Shown: positions 28,840-38,830 of the stretch, one piece after another
Layout: every line of letters begins with the position of its first letter
Numbering within the stretch: the stretch's first letter is position 1
Assembly: GCA_029858305.1 (NCBI GenBank)
Contig: JAOUFI010000012.1
Coordinates: 1-49,939, forward strand
Reading direction: 5' to 3'
DNA: 49,939 nucleotides
Source of the DNA: Candidatus Thorarchaeota archaeon
Lineage (GTDB): Archaea; Asgardarchaeota; Thorarchaeia; Thorarchaeales; Thorarchaeaceae
Program-made: the position numbers and the translations under genes
The notes under the pieces: model-generated
What the model was told of the DNA's origin: nothing
Seen by the model: the letters and a program-made list of their open reading frames with translations, nothing else
Database searches by the model: none

Positions 28840-28956
28840 CTATTCTTCCTCCTCGCCACCGTATACCATGTAGCCCATCGTTAGCAGAATCGCAAGTATC
28901 CCCATTGCCGCTAATAGGATGAACAGAATTGCAATGAAATTCTCGATGGTCTGCAT
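28840..28956 (-). CDS. Small single-pass membrane protein (38 aa) MQTIENFIAILFILLAAMGILAILLTMGYMVYGGEEEE
   Basis: ATG..TAG; one long hydrophobic helix, acidic tail; TTATAAG box about 30 nt upstream; not in ORF track. Confidence 0.7.
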   Translation of the reverse strand: MQTIENFIAILFILLAAMGILAILLTMGYMVYGGEEEE

Positions 28957-29023
28957 TGGAATCTTGTGCTCTCGGAGTTGGTCCACTTATAACCATTGCT
29001 GAATATTGAGGATTGTATCACTC

Positions 29024-29275
29024 TCAAGTTTCAGCAGTACGTTCCTCATAGAACTTGTCTATGAAGGTCCCATAGATGTCAACGGGTTCGGTCAAGGGAT
29101 TGACTTCATCAATTGTCATTTCTATGCTGCAAGACCCGCATTTCACAGTCGCAATCAAATTATCTCGATAGAGCTCGATTTTGATGGCGGTGTTTCCGCA
29201 GGCAGGACATGGATATACATCTGGAATTCGTTTCTGTGGTCTTCGACGCACTTTCTGCCTTCGTCTTCTTCCCAT
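29024..29275 (-). CDS. elf1: Transcription elongation factor Elf1
   Basis: MGRRRR basic N-terminus, CPAC...CGSC, EPVDIYGTFID. Confidence 0.92.
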   Translation of the reverse strand: MGRRRRQKVRRRPQKRIPDVYPCPACGNTAIKIELYRDNLIATVKCGSCSIEMTIDEVNPLTEPVDIYGTFIDKFYEERTAET

Positions 29276-29436
29276 GATAGCTCACCCTATGCCTATTTCA
29301 CACATACCAGAGCAAATGCCCCGACAGAAATAGAGCAAACTCACCCGCTCTGATGTTGATTTAAGCGTTTTGTTAAGTGTCTAAGTATTGTTATACGAAG
29401 CTTTCTTATTGGTGTATGTTTCGCCCCCGAATAGCA

Positions 29437-29670
29437 ATGCCCGACCTCTCAGAAAATGCTCGGTGTGTGCTTAAGATTCTTGAAGCAGGTGATTCCCTCA
29501 CAACCACCGAGATACTTGAATTAGCTCGTACAGAGAAGTATAGTGGTATATGCACAGACTGTGCAGGTGGCGATGCATTTGTTGCAGCCGCAAATCAGCT
29601 CGTAGAACTGAAACTGATCACAAAGAAGTTTGGCAAAGGCGGATATAGCTGGCAGCTTGCGAAGGATTGA
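29437..29670 (+). CDS. Small winged-HTH-like protein with CxxC
   Basis: LSENARCVLKIL..LTTTEI..CTDC..LVELKLI..GGYSWQL; adjacent to sufS start. Confidence 0.7.
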   Translation: MPDLSENARCVLKILEAGDSLTTTEILELARTEKYSGICTDCAGGDAFVAAANQLVELKLITKKFGKGGYSWQLAKD

Positions 29671-29675
29671 GCATC

Positions 29676-30917
29676 ATGGTCGACTGGACAAAAATCAGAA
29701 GTGACTTTCCTGCACTTCAACGTAAAATCAATAATCGATCCGTAGTGTATCTTGATAGCGCCTGTATGGCTCTAAAGCCTAAACAAGTCATAGAGGCTAT
29801 GAATGAATACTACGAGAAGTACCCTGCTTGCGCTGGACGAAGCATCCACAAATTTGGTGAAGAAGCATCTAATGCCTATTTAGCTGCTCGAAAAAAATTT
29901 GCTAAATTCTTGAATGCAAGCCACCCAGAAGAGTGTATATGGACCCGCAATGCGACAGAATCTTTGAACATTGTAGCAAGCTCGGTCAGATTGCCTAAAG
30001 GATCGAAAATTGTTACAACCTCTCTTGAGCACCATAGTGGCTCACTACCTTTTATAGAACGGGCAAAAAGAGACGGTTTATCAGTTGAAGTAATCAAAGC
30101 CCGGACGGATGGCACCTTTGATATTGAGGACTGGAAACGAACGGTTGACAACAACACAAGTTTAGTATCTGTCGTACACTCTTCTAATGTCACAGGTACC
30201 GTAGCTCCCCTGAAGGAAATCATTGAGATTGCTCATGATCGTGGTGCACTTGTTATGAGTGACGACGCTCAATATGCTCCACATCACCCTCTCGATGTAC
30301 AAGCGCTTGATGTTGATTTCTCAGCTATTTCGGCCCATAAGATGTGTGGCCCTACTGGTATGGGTGTATTATACGGTAAGCTAGAACATCTAAAATCCAT
30401 GAACATGTTCTTGTATGGTGGCGATACTGTTCGTGATGTCCATTTTGAGAACGGAAAAATCATTCCCGAATATCTCCCACCTCCTGAAAAGTTCGAGGCG
30501 GGTTTACAGAATTATGCTGGTGCAATCGGAGCTGGAGCAGCAGCTGAATATCTCTTGTCGATTGGGATGGAAGAGATTGAGAAACACGAACGCACACTCC
30601 TTGAGATTGTTGTTAAAAGGCTACTCGAAATGAATCATGTACACATTCTTGGAACTGATGACATTACTATCAAGACGGGATTAGTTACTTTCCGTGTAGA
30701 TACTATTCCATCAGCACATGATGTTGCCACTTTCCTAAATGATGAATTCAATGTAATGGTAAGATCTGGCTGGCACTGTGCTGGACCTTTTCATTATCAA
30801 ATGGGCATTGACCCTAAGAAGGGAACTGTACGTGCTAGCTTCTATCTTTACAATAATATGGAAGATGTCAATGCTTTCCTTGAGGGTCTTACAAAACTTA
30901 TTGAAATTAGCTCTTAG
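29676..30917 (+). CDS. sufS: Cysteine desulfurase, SufS/CsdA type
   Basis: YLDSA, EHHS, SAHKMCGPTGMG (PLP Lys), RSGWHCA (catalytic Cys), RASFYLYN. Confidence 0.9.
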   Translation: MVDWTKIRSDFPALQRKINNRSVVYLDSACMALKPKQVIEAMNEYYEKYPACAGRSIHKFGEEASNAYLAARKKFAKFLNASHPEECIWTRNATESLNIVASSVRLPKGSKIVTTSLEHHSGSLPFIERAKRDGLSVEVIKARTDGTFDIEDWKRTVDNNTSLVSVVHSSNVTGTVAPLKEIIEIAHDRGALVMSDDAQYAPHHPLDVQALDVDFSAISAHKMCGPTGMGVLYGKLEHLKSMNMFLYGGDTVRDVHFENGKIIPEYLPPPEKFEAGLQNYAGAIGAGAAAEYLLSIGMEEIEKHERTLLEIVVKRLLEMNHVHILGTDDITIKTGLVTFRVDTIPSAHDVATFLNDEFNVMVRSGWHCAGPFHYQMGIDPKKGTVRASFYLYNNMEDVNAFLEGLTKLIEISS

Positions 30918-30954
30918 AAAAACCGGTACCAGAAATGGTACAGGCTCATCATCT

Positions 30955-32757
30955 TCAACTTATTTCCTTCTGAATTGCTCCCTTTAGCCGCTTGATTTCT
31001 TGAACCGGATCTGCGAACTCAAATCCATTGATTGAAATATCTAACGAATCTCTGAATTCCTTAACAAGGCCATACATTGCAACATATCTGCCAAGTATTT
31101 TATCAGAGGTCAGTCTGAGTGGTTCATCTTCCTTGCCCGATTTGGTGATTATTTTGTGAGCTTCCTCAGCTGTCATTCCTAGTAGTTTTTCACCAATATT
31201 CCCAAAAAGTGTGGCTTTTATCGAACCCGAACCATCATCTACTGTGATTTTATAGAGCATTCTGGGTTCAGGGTTTTTAACAGGTCCACAAGACTTACAG
31301 TTATACCCGTCTTCTGTAGTTTCGAGTTTCTTATTACAGGTTGGGCATGCTTGATAGATCACTCCTGTCTGCCCGATTCCTACTATGATGCCACAGATCT
31401 CAACATTTTTCCCTACCGTGCCATTATCAATATCTCCTATGAGCACTCTTGATGCTTGAGTTTGCACAGACTCAAAGGATACCTGAGAGAGGTCAAGCTG
31501 TTTCAATTGAGAGTCCTTAGGATTCAGTACGAGTTCAGCTTTTCGACCAACTGTAAACTCTAGCCCTCCCCTGAATCCCTCTTTCGTGTATCCATGAAGG
31601 ATTCTAATCACGTCTCCCTCTTTGACTTTAGCTATCTTATCTACATCATCTTCCCAAAAGGTCACACGAATCTTACTGGTCTGGTCTGCAATAACTACAT
31701 TCCGTACCTGTCCCTCACTACCATCTTTTTTCGTGAAGTTTCTTACATCATAGATTGTTACCGCTTTACCCTCGATATCGACATCCCACATGTTCGTTGT
31801 GAGATCTCCAATATTTTTCATACCTAGAGGAACTGAGCTGCTTGATGACCCAACTGGTGTTTCCACTGTCCTCATTTGATCCTTGAGTTTTCTTTCTATC
31901 TTTGCATTATTGCCTGCATGAATCTCAATCTCGTTTCCTTCCCGATTAGATTTAGTATATGCTCCTGTAACTCTGATTATCTCATCTGGTTGAGCATCCT
32001 CCATCTCTTCCGCTCTGTCATCCCAAAATACGAGCCTTGCTTTTCCGGTATCATCTGCAACAATCATAGACAATACTTTGCCCTCACTATTATCCTTCTT
32101 TCTTGTGAAAGTTGTTAGATTGAATACTCTCTGTACTTTGACTTTCATAGTGACATCGAAGAGTCTATCCTGAAGACCACTGATTTTCAACTCCTCTGAT
32201 ACAGGTCGTGCATCAAAATCAATGCCCATCTCTTCCGCCTCATCATCTTCTAGAGGTTGTATTGTTCCCATGCGTCCAATATTAAGCTCGATAGCATCAC
32301 CAAGCCCCATCTTGACATAAGCTCCTCTGACTTGTACAATACTACCTAGTGTGAGAATATCTTCTGAAATAGCTCGGGTCATGTCATCCCAGAGAACTAC
32401 TCTGATACTACCAGTTTCATCTCGGAGGAAGACACTTGCAACTTTTCCCTCTGTTCCGTCTGATTTCTGGAACGTTCGCACAGCACTGATGTTATCAATA
32501 ATACCTACCAGTGCGTTAACATTCTTTGTAGATTCTGTAATGTCTTCTATTCTTTGACGTGCACTTGGTGCCACTTTATGCAGGTCCACACCAAGTTCTC
32601 TGGCCACGATCATTGCGGCAGACTCATCATTAATGACTTCTGGGCCAAGTTCTTGACGCTTCTCCTGAATCATTGTCAGGATATCATTGCGTTCAAAGTC
32701 AGACCTATGCTTTAGAATTAGTTCAATCGTTTCTTCAAGCGTTAACAAACAAGTCAC
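30955..32757 (-). CDS. rpa: Replication protein A (multi-OB fold with zinc finger)
   Basis: Repeated DETGSIRVVLWDD / DDTGKARLVFWDD / DQTSKIRVTFWED OB motifs; CPTC...CKSC; DDGSGSI. Confidence 0.92.
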   Translation of the reverse strand: MTCLLTLEETIELILKHRSDFERNDILTMIQEKRQELGPEVINDESAAMIVARELGVDLHKVAPSARQRIEDITESTKNVNALVGIIDNISAVRTFQKSDGTEGKVASVFLRDETGSIRVVLWDDMTRAISEDILTLGSIVQVRGAYVKMGLGDAIELNIGRMGTIQPLEDDEAEEMGIDFDARPVSEELKISGLQDRLFDVTMKVKVQRVFNLTTFTRKKDNSEGKVLSMIVADDTGKARLVFWDDRAEEMEDAQPDEIIRVTGAYTKSNREGNEIEIHAGNNAKIERKLKDQMRTVETPVGSSSSSVPLGMKNIGDLTTNMWDVDIEGKAVTIYDVRNFTKKDGSEGQVRNVVIADQTSKIRVTFWEDDVDKIAKVKEGDVIRILHGYTKEGFRGGLEFTVGRKAELVLNPKDSQLKQLDLSQVSFESVQTQASRVLIGDIDNGTVGKNVEICGIIVGIGQTGVIYQACPTCNKKLETTEDGYNCKSCGPVKNPEPRMLYKITVDDGSGSIKATLFGNIGEKLLGMTAEEAHKIITKSGKEDEPLRLTSDKILGRYVAMYGLVKEFRDSLDISINGFEFADPVQEIKRLKGAIQKEIS

Positions 32758-32908
32758 CTTCCACTATATGTTTGGTGGCGTCTTATTATGTACTAGTCTT
32801 GTCCCGTTCCTTTAAAGTAATCTACTCTTTTACAACGAGCTTGGAGATTTTTAGGTTGCTGAAGCGAAACATAGAATACGGAACATGATAGTTCCAATGT
32901 GACGAATT

Positions 32909-35900
32909 GTGATAGAACTCGAACATGACCTTCCAGCTCATAGTATCAGCTACAAGCAGTACTTCGATTCCTTGAATCAAGAAGTCACGAGAATATATGC
33001 TATAGCAGAGGAGGCGCGGTCAAAGGGGTTTGATCCAACCCTGCGGGTCGAGATACCTCCCGCACATGATGTTGCAGCCCGTGTTGAGGCCACATTGGAA
33101 GGTCCATTTGGTGTGGCAAAAAGAATTCGGGAATTGCAGAAGGGCAAGTCCCGAGAAGAGGTTGCATTTGCTGTTGCAAAAGAGATAGCTGAGGGAACAC
33201 TTGGCAATATCACTGAATCTGAAAAAGCTGCTGAGAAAGCGGTACGAGTTGCCTTGGCCATTCTAACAGAGAGTATCACCGCGGCCCCAATTGAGGGTAT
33301 TGCAAATGTGAAAATACGTGGCTCTGAAAAAGAAGGAAATCAGTATCTTGCGCTCTATCTTGCTGGTCCAATTCGGGCAGCTGGGGGAACCGAGGCTGCA
33401 ATGACTGTTCTTGTGGCTGATTATGTTCGACAAGTACTGAAACTTCCACCATACAAGTCGACTCCTGAAGAAACAGAACGAGCAATTGAAGAAGTAGAGC
33501 TTTATGCACGGAATGTACATCTTCAATACCCAGTTCACCCAGACCTTATCCGGTTTGCAGCAGAAAGACTTCCAATCATGCTAACTGGAGAGCCCACAGA
33601 AGAGTTTGAGGTATCAGGTAGCAGAGATTTGGACCGTATTGAAACAAATCGCGTACGCGGGGGATCTGTCCTTGTCTTGAGTGATGGAGTTGTAGGAAGG
33701 GCTACGAAGTTAGCAAAAATCGTTCACGACGCGAACATTAAGGGTTGGGAATGGTTGGATGAACTTGCTGCAAAAATGTCCAAGGCTAAAGCCCTAGAAG
33801 ATGAAGATAGTGCGGATAAGAAACTTGAACCCAAGTATGACTACTTGTCAGATGTGATTGGTGGAAGACCTGTTTTCTCTCATCCGTCCCGACCTGGTGG
33901 CTTCCGACTGAGGTATGGTCGGTCCCGAAATACAGGCTTGGCAGGAGTGGGAATTCATCCAGCTACCATGTATATCCTTGAAGAATTCCTAGCGACTGGA
34001 ACTCATATTCGTACTGAACGCCCTGGAAAGGGATCGATTGTTGCTCCCGTTGATTCCATTGAAGGTCCAATCGTACTCTTTAAGGATGGTTCTGTCACTC
34101 GATTCTCGCGTCTAGATGATGCCCGTGGTCTTGAAGGTAAAGTAAAGAAGATTCTCTTTTTGGGTGACATTCTTGTGGCATTGGGTGAGTTTCTAGAAAA
34201 TAATCACCCGCTCGTTCCCTCAGGTTATTGTGAGGAATGGTGGTCTCATGATCTCGAAAACGCAATCTCCTCAATTACAAAGATGCAGCTGACAAAAAAA
34301 CTGACCAAGTCTGGTCTTACTGCGGACGATATTAACAAGTTCATTGAATCTCCTCTTGCTCACATACCCTCTCCCACTCAAGCTTTTCATCTATCTAAGA
34401 AACTAAAGGTGCCATTGCATCCATTTTACCTCTATAGGTGGACTGTCCTCTCTGTCAATGAGCTACAAGACCTTCGTGATTGGCTGCTTGGTACAAATAT
34501 GACTGAAACAACAACCGAAGGAGAACGGATAGTCCTCCCTTCCGATAAATCTCATAAATCTCTGCTTGAAAAAGTAGGTATTCCACATAGACTTACGAAA
34601 GATAAGAAAAGAATAGTTCTGACAGATGAACCAATCGCCGTTTTAGCACAAATTGGAAACACGTCAAAGCAGCCAAAAGGGGAAACGGCTTTAGATTATC
34701 TTAACTCAGTTTCACAAGTGCAACTCAGGGACAAAAATGGTTTTTCGATTGGTGCTAGGATGGGGCGACCTGAGAAAGCTGAGGCACGGAAGATGAAACC
34801 TCCAGTTCAAGTTTTATTCCCTGTTGGTCGCTCCAAAGGTACAGAGAGAAGAATGGAAGAGGTTGCCAAAAATGTTCAGTACATCTCCACGCTAGATGCC
34901 TTCGATGAAGCTAATTACAACGGTGAGATATCACCTGAAGTTTCTGGCGTGGAAGTTGAGCTTGTAACTCGAGCCTGCCCTAATTGCGGTTTCAAAACCT
35001 ACGAGTCAAGATGCTTCAAATGCGGCAATCATACAGAAATAGAAGCACGGTGCGCGGAGGAAGGATGCGGTCGTATTATTGATTCTACAACAAATAGGTG
35101 CCCAATAAGTACACATCTTAATCCGAAGCATATGACGACAAGAACGCTCTCAGTAGATTTGAAAGCAGAACTCGACCGAGCTAAGGTCGAGGTTGGAGAG
35201 TTTGAAACACATGGACTCAGGGGAGTCCTTGGCCTCACGAATAGTAACAAAATCCCCGAGTATTTAGGAAAAGGCATTCTTCGTGCGAAACATGATGTGT
35301 ATTGTTACAGGGATGGGACAGCTCGTTTTGATGCTACAGACGCTCCACTAACACATTTTACACCGAAGGAGATTAGCGTCCCAGTCAGTCGTCTTAGAGA
35401 TTTGGGGTATGTTACAGACTATGATGGAGCACCCCTTAACTCAGAAAATCAGATTTTGGAAATCAAAGTACAGGATATCATTGTATCGGAAAAATGTGGA
35501 GACTATCTTTTACGTGTTGGAAGATTTATTGATGATTGTTTAGAAAAAATCTATGGTCTAGAAAGGCACTATAATTTCAATTCTCAAGACGATATTATAG
35601 GGCAGCTAGTTATTGGTCTCGCTCCACATACATCTGCTGGAATAATTGGTAGAATAATCGGATTCACATCTTCAAGTGTCTGCTACGCCCATCCGTATTG
35701 GCATGCTGCAAAACGAAGGAATTGTGATGGTGATGAAGATGCTTTAATCTTGGTTCTTGATGCACTCTTGAACTTCTCTAAACACTATCTACCTGCAGGT
35801 CGTGGCGGTCTAATGGATGCTCCTCTAGTTCTCTCAGTCATTTTGAATCCCAAAGAGGTTGATGACGAGAGCCATAACATGGAGGTGTGTAGACGATATC

Positions 35901-36481
35901 CCGCAAGATTCTATGATTTAGTTGCTCACGCACAACATCCTAAAGCGGTCAAAAAACTGGTTGATATTGTTGCTACCCGCCTCAATACACCAGCGCAATA
36001 TGAAGGATTCGGGTTTACACACAGCACGACCACGTTTGATATTGGACCAAGAAACTCCCGTTACAAGTTACTAAATACAATGGATGATAAGCTCGAAGCT
36101 CAACTAAGGCTTGCCACTTTGATCGATGCTGTTGACTCACACGATGTTGCTCAGAGAGTACTGTCTACTCATTTCTTCAGAGATATTCGAGGGAATCTCC
36201 GAGCCTATTCTACACAGAAATTTCGGTGCATGAAATGTAATCGAATCTACCGACGATTACCACTCTCTGGGAAATGCCTTTGTGGTGAAGCTAAATTGTC
36301 TCTTACCGTCAGACAACGGAATATCTCCAAGTATTTAGCGGTAACAGAGAAAATCATACATGACCATGGACTAGACCAGTACATGCAAGAGCGGTTGAAG
36401 CTCATTAATACTTCAATGGACTCGCTCTTTGTTTCTGAACAGACTTCCCTCACCGATTTCTTTGAAGATCACTCTGACTGA
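32909..36481 (+). CDS. polC: DNA polymerase D large subunit DP2
   Basis: AGPIRAAGGT, LRYGRSRNTG, catalytic AAKRRNCDGDED, C-terminal Zn finger; no intein. Confidence 0.98.
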   Translation: MIELEHDLPAHSISYKQYFDSLNQEVTRIYAIAEEARSKGFDPTLRVEIPPAHDVAARVEATLEGPFGVAKRIRELQKGKSREEVAFAVAKEIAEGTLGNITESEKAAEKAVRVALAILTESITAAPIEGIANVKIRGSEKEGNQYLALYLAGPIRAAGGTEAAMTVLVADYVRQVLKLPPYKSTPEETERAIEEVELYARNVHLQYPVHPDLIRFAAERLPIMLTGEPTEEFEVSGSRDLDRIETNRVRGGSVLVLSDGVVGRATKLAKIVHDANIKGWEWLDELAAKMSKAKALEDEDSADKKLEPKYDYLSDVIGGRPVFSHPSRPGGFRLRYGRSRNTGLAGVGIHPATMYILEEFLATGTHIRTERPGKGSIVAPVDSIEGPIVLFKDGSVTRFSRLDDARGLEGKVKKILFLGDILVALGEFLENNHPLVPSGYCEEWWSHDLENAISSITKMQLTKKLTKSGLTADDINKFIESPLAHIPSPTQAFHLSKKLKVPLHPFYLYRWTVLSVNELQDLRDWLLGTNMTETTTEGERIVLPSDKSHKSLLEKVGIPHRLTKDKKRIVLTDEPIAVLAQIGNTSKQPKGETALDYLNSVSQVQLRDKNGFSIGARMGRPEKAEARKMKPPVQVLFPVGRSKGTERRMEEVAKNVQYISTLDAFDEANYNGEISPEVSGVEVELVTRACPNCGFKTYESRCFKCGNHTEIEARCAEEGCGRIIDSTTNRCPISTHLNPKHMTTRTLSVDLKAELDRAKVEVGEFETHGLRGVLGLTNSNKIPEYLGKGILRAKHDVYCYRDGTARFDATDAPLTHFTPKEISVPVSRLRDLGYVTDYDGAPLNSENQILEIKVQDIIVSEKCGDYLLRVGRFIDDCLEKIYGLERHYNFNSQDDIIGQLVIGLAPHTSAGIIGRIIGFTSSSVCYAHPYWHAAKRRNCDGDEDALILVLDALLNFSKHYLPAGRGGLMDAPLVLSVILNPKEVDDESHNMEVCRRYPARFYDLVAHAQHPKAVKKLVDIVATRLNTPAQYEGFGFTHSTTTFDIGPRNSRYKLLNTMDDKLEAQLRLATLIDAVDSHDVAQRVLSTHFFRDIRGNLRAYSTQKFRCMKCNRIYRRLPLSGKCLCGEAKLSLTVRQRNISKYLAVTEKIIHDHGLDQYMQERLKLINTSMDSLFVSEQTSLTDFFEDHSD

Positions 36482-37326
36482 GCATCAAGTGCAAGTTTCA
36501 AGAGGTCTTTGTCCTCTATCATTCCCGTCAGATTTCCAGCAATGTTCAGAACGGGGGCCTGATCAATCTGTTCGTTACGGAATGTTCTGACAAGTTCGGA
36601 AATCGTCGATATCTCGCTTATACTGATGATGTTCTTCGTCATAACCTCAGATACTGGAACGTTTGGTAGCTTGAGCAGTTTCTTGGTAACAACTAGGAAG
36701 TCCTTTGAGGTCCAGCCCCATTCAACAGTGTTATCCTGCCCACTGAATGTTTTCGATATATTATCTTCAACAGTGACCTCCGAAAGACGAATATAATCAC
36801 TAACAGTAATCATCCCCGATACGCCACCGCTCTCATTAATTAGAACAATAGAATTCTTTCCAGCCATATCCATTATCATATATGTAAGGGGTAGTGGTGT
36901 CTGGTCCCAGACTGCAGTTATCTCTTTCGAGATAAACTCTGAAATCTCTTTTGATCCAATTTCGTCATCATTCTCAAGAACTGCTCCCAAGATATCTGGT
37001 ATGGAAATTAATCCAACAAGTTCGTCCTTTTCAACAACAGGAAGTCTTCTATAGCCCTTATCAATCATAATTTTCGTTGCTGTCTTCAAATCCGTTCTGG
37101 GACTTACGGTAATAGGGTTTCTAACCATCAGCATTACTAACTGGTTCTCATCAGCCTTTCTCAGAAGATCTGTCCTTGTCACAATCCCAACCAAGCTCTT
37201 GGTTCCTTTCTTCACAACGGGAACTCCGTTTACTTGTTTCTCTGCCATCAGCTGGAGAACATCGTCTCGAGTGCCTGGCACAGAAACGTAAATCACGTCC
37301 GATTGCATACAGTCTTTGACCATCAT
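36469..37326 (-). CDS. Four-CBS-domain protein
   Basis: GVPVV..LVGIVTRTDLL, RRLPVV..LVGLISIPDI and two more CBS repeats. Confidence 0.9.
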   Translation of the reverse strand: MMVKDCMQSDVIYVSVPGTRDDVLQLMAEKQVNGVPVVKKGTKSLVGIVTRTDLLRKADENQLVMLMVRNPITVSPRTDLKTATKIMIDKGYRRLPVVEKDELVGLISIPDILGAVLENDDEIGSKEISEFISKEITAVWDQTPLPLTYMIMDMAGKNSIVLINESGGVSGMITVSDYIRLSEVTVEDNISKTFSGQDNTVEWGWTSKDFLVVTKKLLKLPNVPVSEVMTKNIISISEISTISELVRTFRNEQIDQAPVLNIAGNLTGMIEDKDLLKLALDAQSE

Positions 37327-37477
37327 TGTTGTGATGACTCCGGTTTTGATAGAAGCTCCAAAAGATTAACAGTCCACGTAAACCTGAGGGTCTAAACCGT
37401 GATTCTGTTGGCAATATCTTATTTCTTTAGTCACCTTTTATGTCTATCCTTAGACAGTTTTTAGGTTGATACCTATT

Positions 37478-38053
37478 TTACCATGGATGTTTCTTCACTC
37501 CAAGAACATATCCTATTGCATTGCTCAACCAATGAATGAAGAAAGTTGCAGTTATTAGAATCGCAACGAATATTGGTCCTGGTTCAAAGATGGGGGCAAC
37601 AAAGATTAGAGCCATGATGATGAATCCCAATTGGTCCATGACCGGTGATGGATCTCCACTCTCAACACCTACTCTTCTTTTTATGAATGACCCTACGACA
37701 TCTCCTGTCAATGCTCCAAAAGACATCAGGATTGCCACTGGAATTTGCATGAAGAGCACATAGTCCATTTCAGGTGTCACTGTAACATACAATGCTAGAA
37801 GTGGTCGAAGATATGGTGCTATGAGGAATTGTCCCACTCCAGTCAGAGTGCCAAAAATAATTCCAACAATAAAGCCTCGTATGGTCTTTCCATTTCCCAG
37901 CAATCTACGACCGTCTCGAAAATAACGTCCTCCATCAATAGGACGCCCTCCACCTCCAAGAACCGGTGTCGCATTGGCTATCCATGCAGGAAGCCCGATC
38001 CATATTGCCAACTCAAAGAGAGCTAGTTCTTCATACATTAAACAGCACTCCAT
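37478..38053 (-). CDS. carS: CDP-archaeol synthase
   Basis: PAWIANATP, PIDGG, DGRRLLGNGKT, GDVVGSFIKRR, DQL, KKHPW. Confidence 0.95.
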   Translation of the reverse strand: MECCLMYEELALFELAIWIGLPAWIANATPVLGGGGRPIDGGRYFRDGRRLLGNGKTIRGFIVGIIFGTLTGVGQFLIAPYLRPLLALYVTVTPEMDYVLFMQIPVAILMSFGALTGDVVGSFIKRRVGVESGDPSPVMDQLGFIIMALIFVAPIFEPGPIFVAILITATFFIHWLSNAIGYVLGVKKHPW

Positions 38054-38076
38054 ATCAGCGGTTTATAATATGAATT

Positions 38077-38766
38077 TCACTCTTTCTCATTGGAAGGGTT
38101 CATCGAAAACCCGTCGTTTGTCAGATACAGTTGTCCCTCCACATTTTTCCCTTCAGGCACGAGCCGTTCCAATATCCGCGCCCCTTGTGTTCTTCCAATT
38201 TTCATCTTAATCACATAATCCGACCAATAATCCATGATGTTGCCTGCAACAGGTTCGAAATCATTAATTCCATGCATTCGTGCAGTAACCTGATTCAAGA
38301 TTAGGACTGCGATGTCGTGACTCTGAGACAGCCCCTTTAAGAGTCCTGTCTGCCGATTAAGTTCGCGATGATTTGAGTAGTTAGTCTTCTTATCCTCAAG
38401 AGCGAGACGATAATACTTAGTCAGGGTATCAACGACGATTAACTTTGTGTTGTTTCGGATGTATAACTCAAGATCCTCTAACAAAACTCCCTGTTCGCTG
38501 AATCCCTTTGGTGCTAGTATCTTGACAAGTAACTCAAGCTTCTCAAATGTCTTGCCAGTAATTTGTTGAAGTCTCTCAACAGGAGATGTGTTTTCAGAAT
38601 TGATGTAGATTGTTCCGTATTTCTGTTTGAAGAGTTCTCCAACGAATTTTAATGCAAGAGTTGTTTTTCCCGCTGCAGCCTCGCCATATATATGAGTAAT
38701 AATTCCGGTGCCGAGACCGCCATTCAATATACGGTCAAGAAGAGAAAGCCCTGACGGAAGAATCAA
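38077..38766 (-). CDS. radB: RadB (RecA/Rad51 paralogue)
   Basis: LDRILNGG, YGEAAAGKT, LIVVDT, ILNQV; lacks RadA N-terminal domain. Confidence 0.85.
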   Translation of the reverse strand: MILPSGLSLLDRILNGGLGTGIITHIYGEAAAGKTTLALKFVGELFKQKYGTIYINSENTSPVERLQQITGKTFEKLELLVKILAPKGFSEQGVLLEDLELYIRNNTKLIVVDTLTKYYRLALEDKKTNYSNHRELNRQTGLLKGLSQSHDIAVLILNQVTARMHGINDFEPVAGNIMDYWSDYVIKMKIGRTQGARILERLVPEGKNVEGQLYLTNDGFSMNPSNEKE

Positions 38767-38830
38767 AAACGTCTCACTACAAGACTGTCATCATCTTACA
38801 GTGATAAGCGTATCTAGAAGGATTGAATTA

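Noticed and set aside
32909-36481. Inteins in DP2 (also checked infB, lhr, topA, rpoA2)
   Set aside because: Motifs at usual insertion sites (e.g. RRN-CDGDED) are contiguous and protein lengths are normal.
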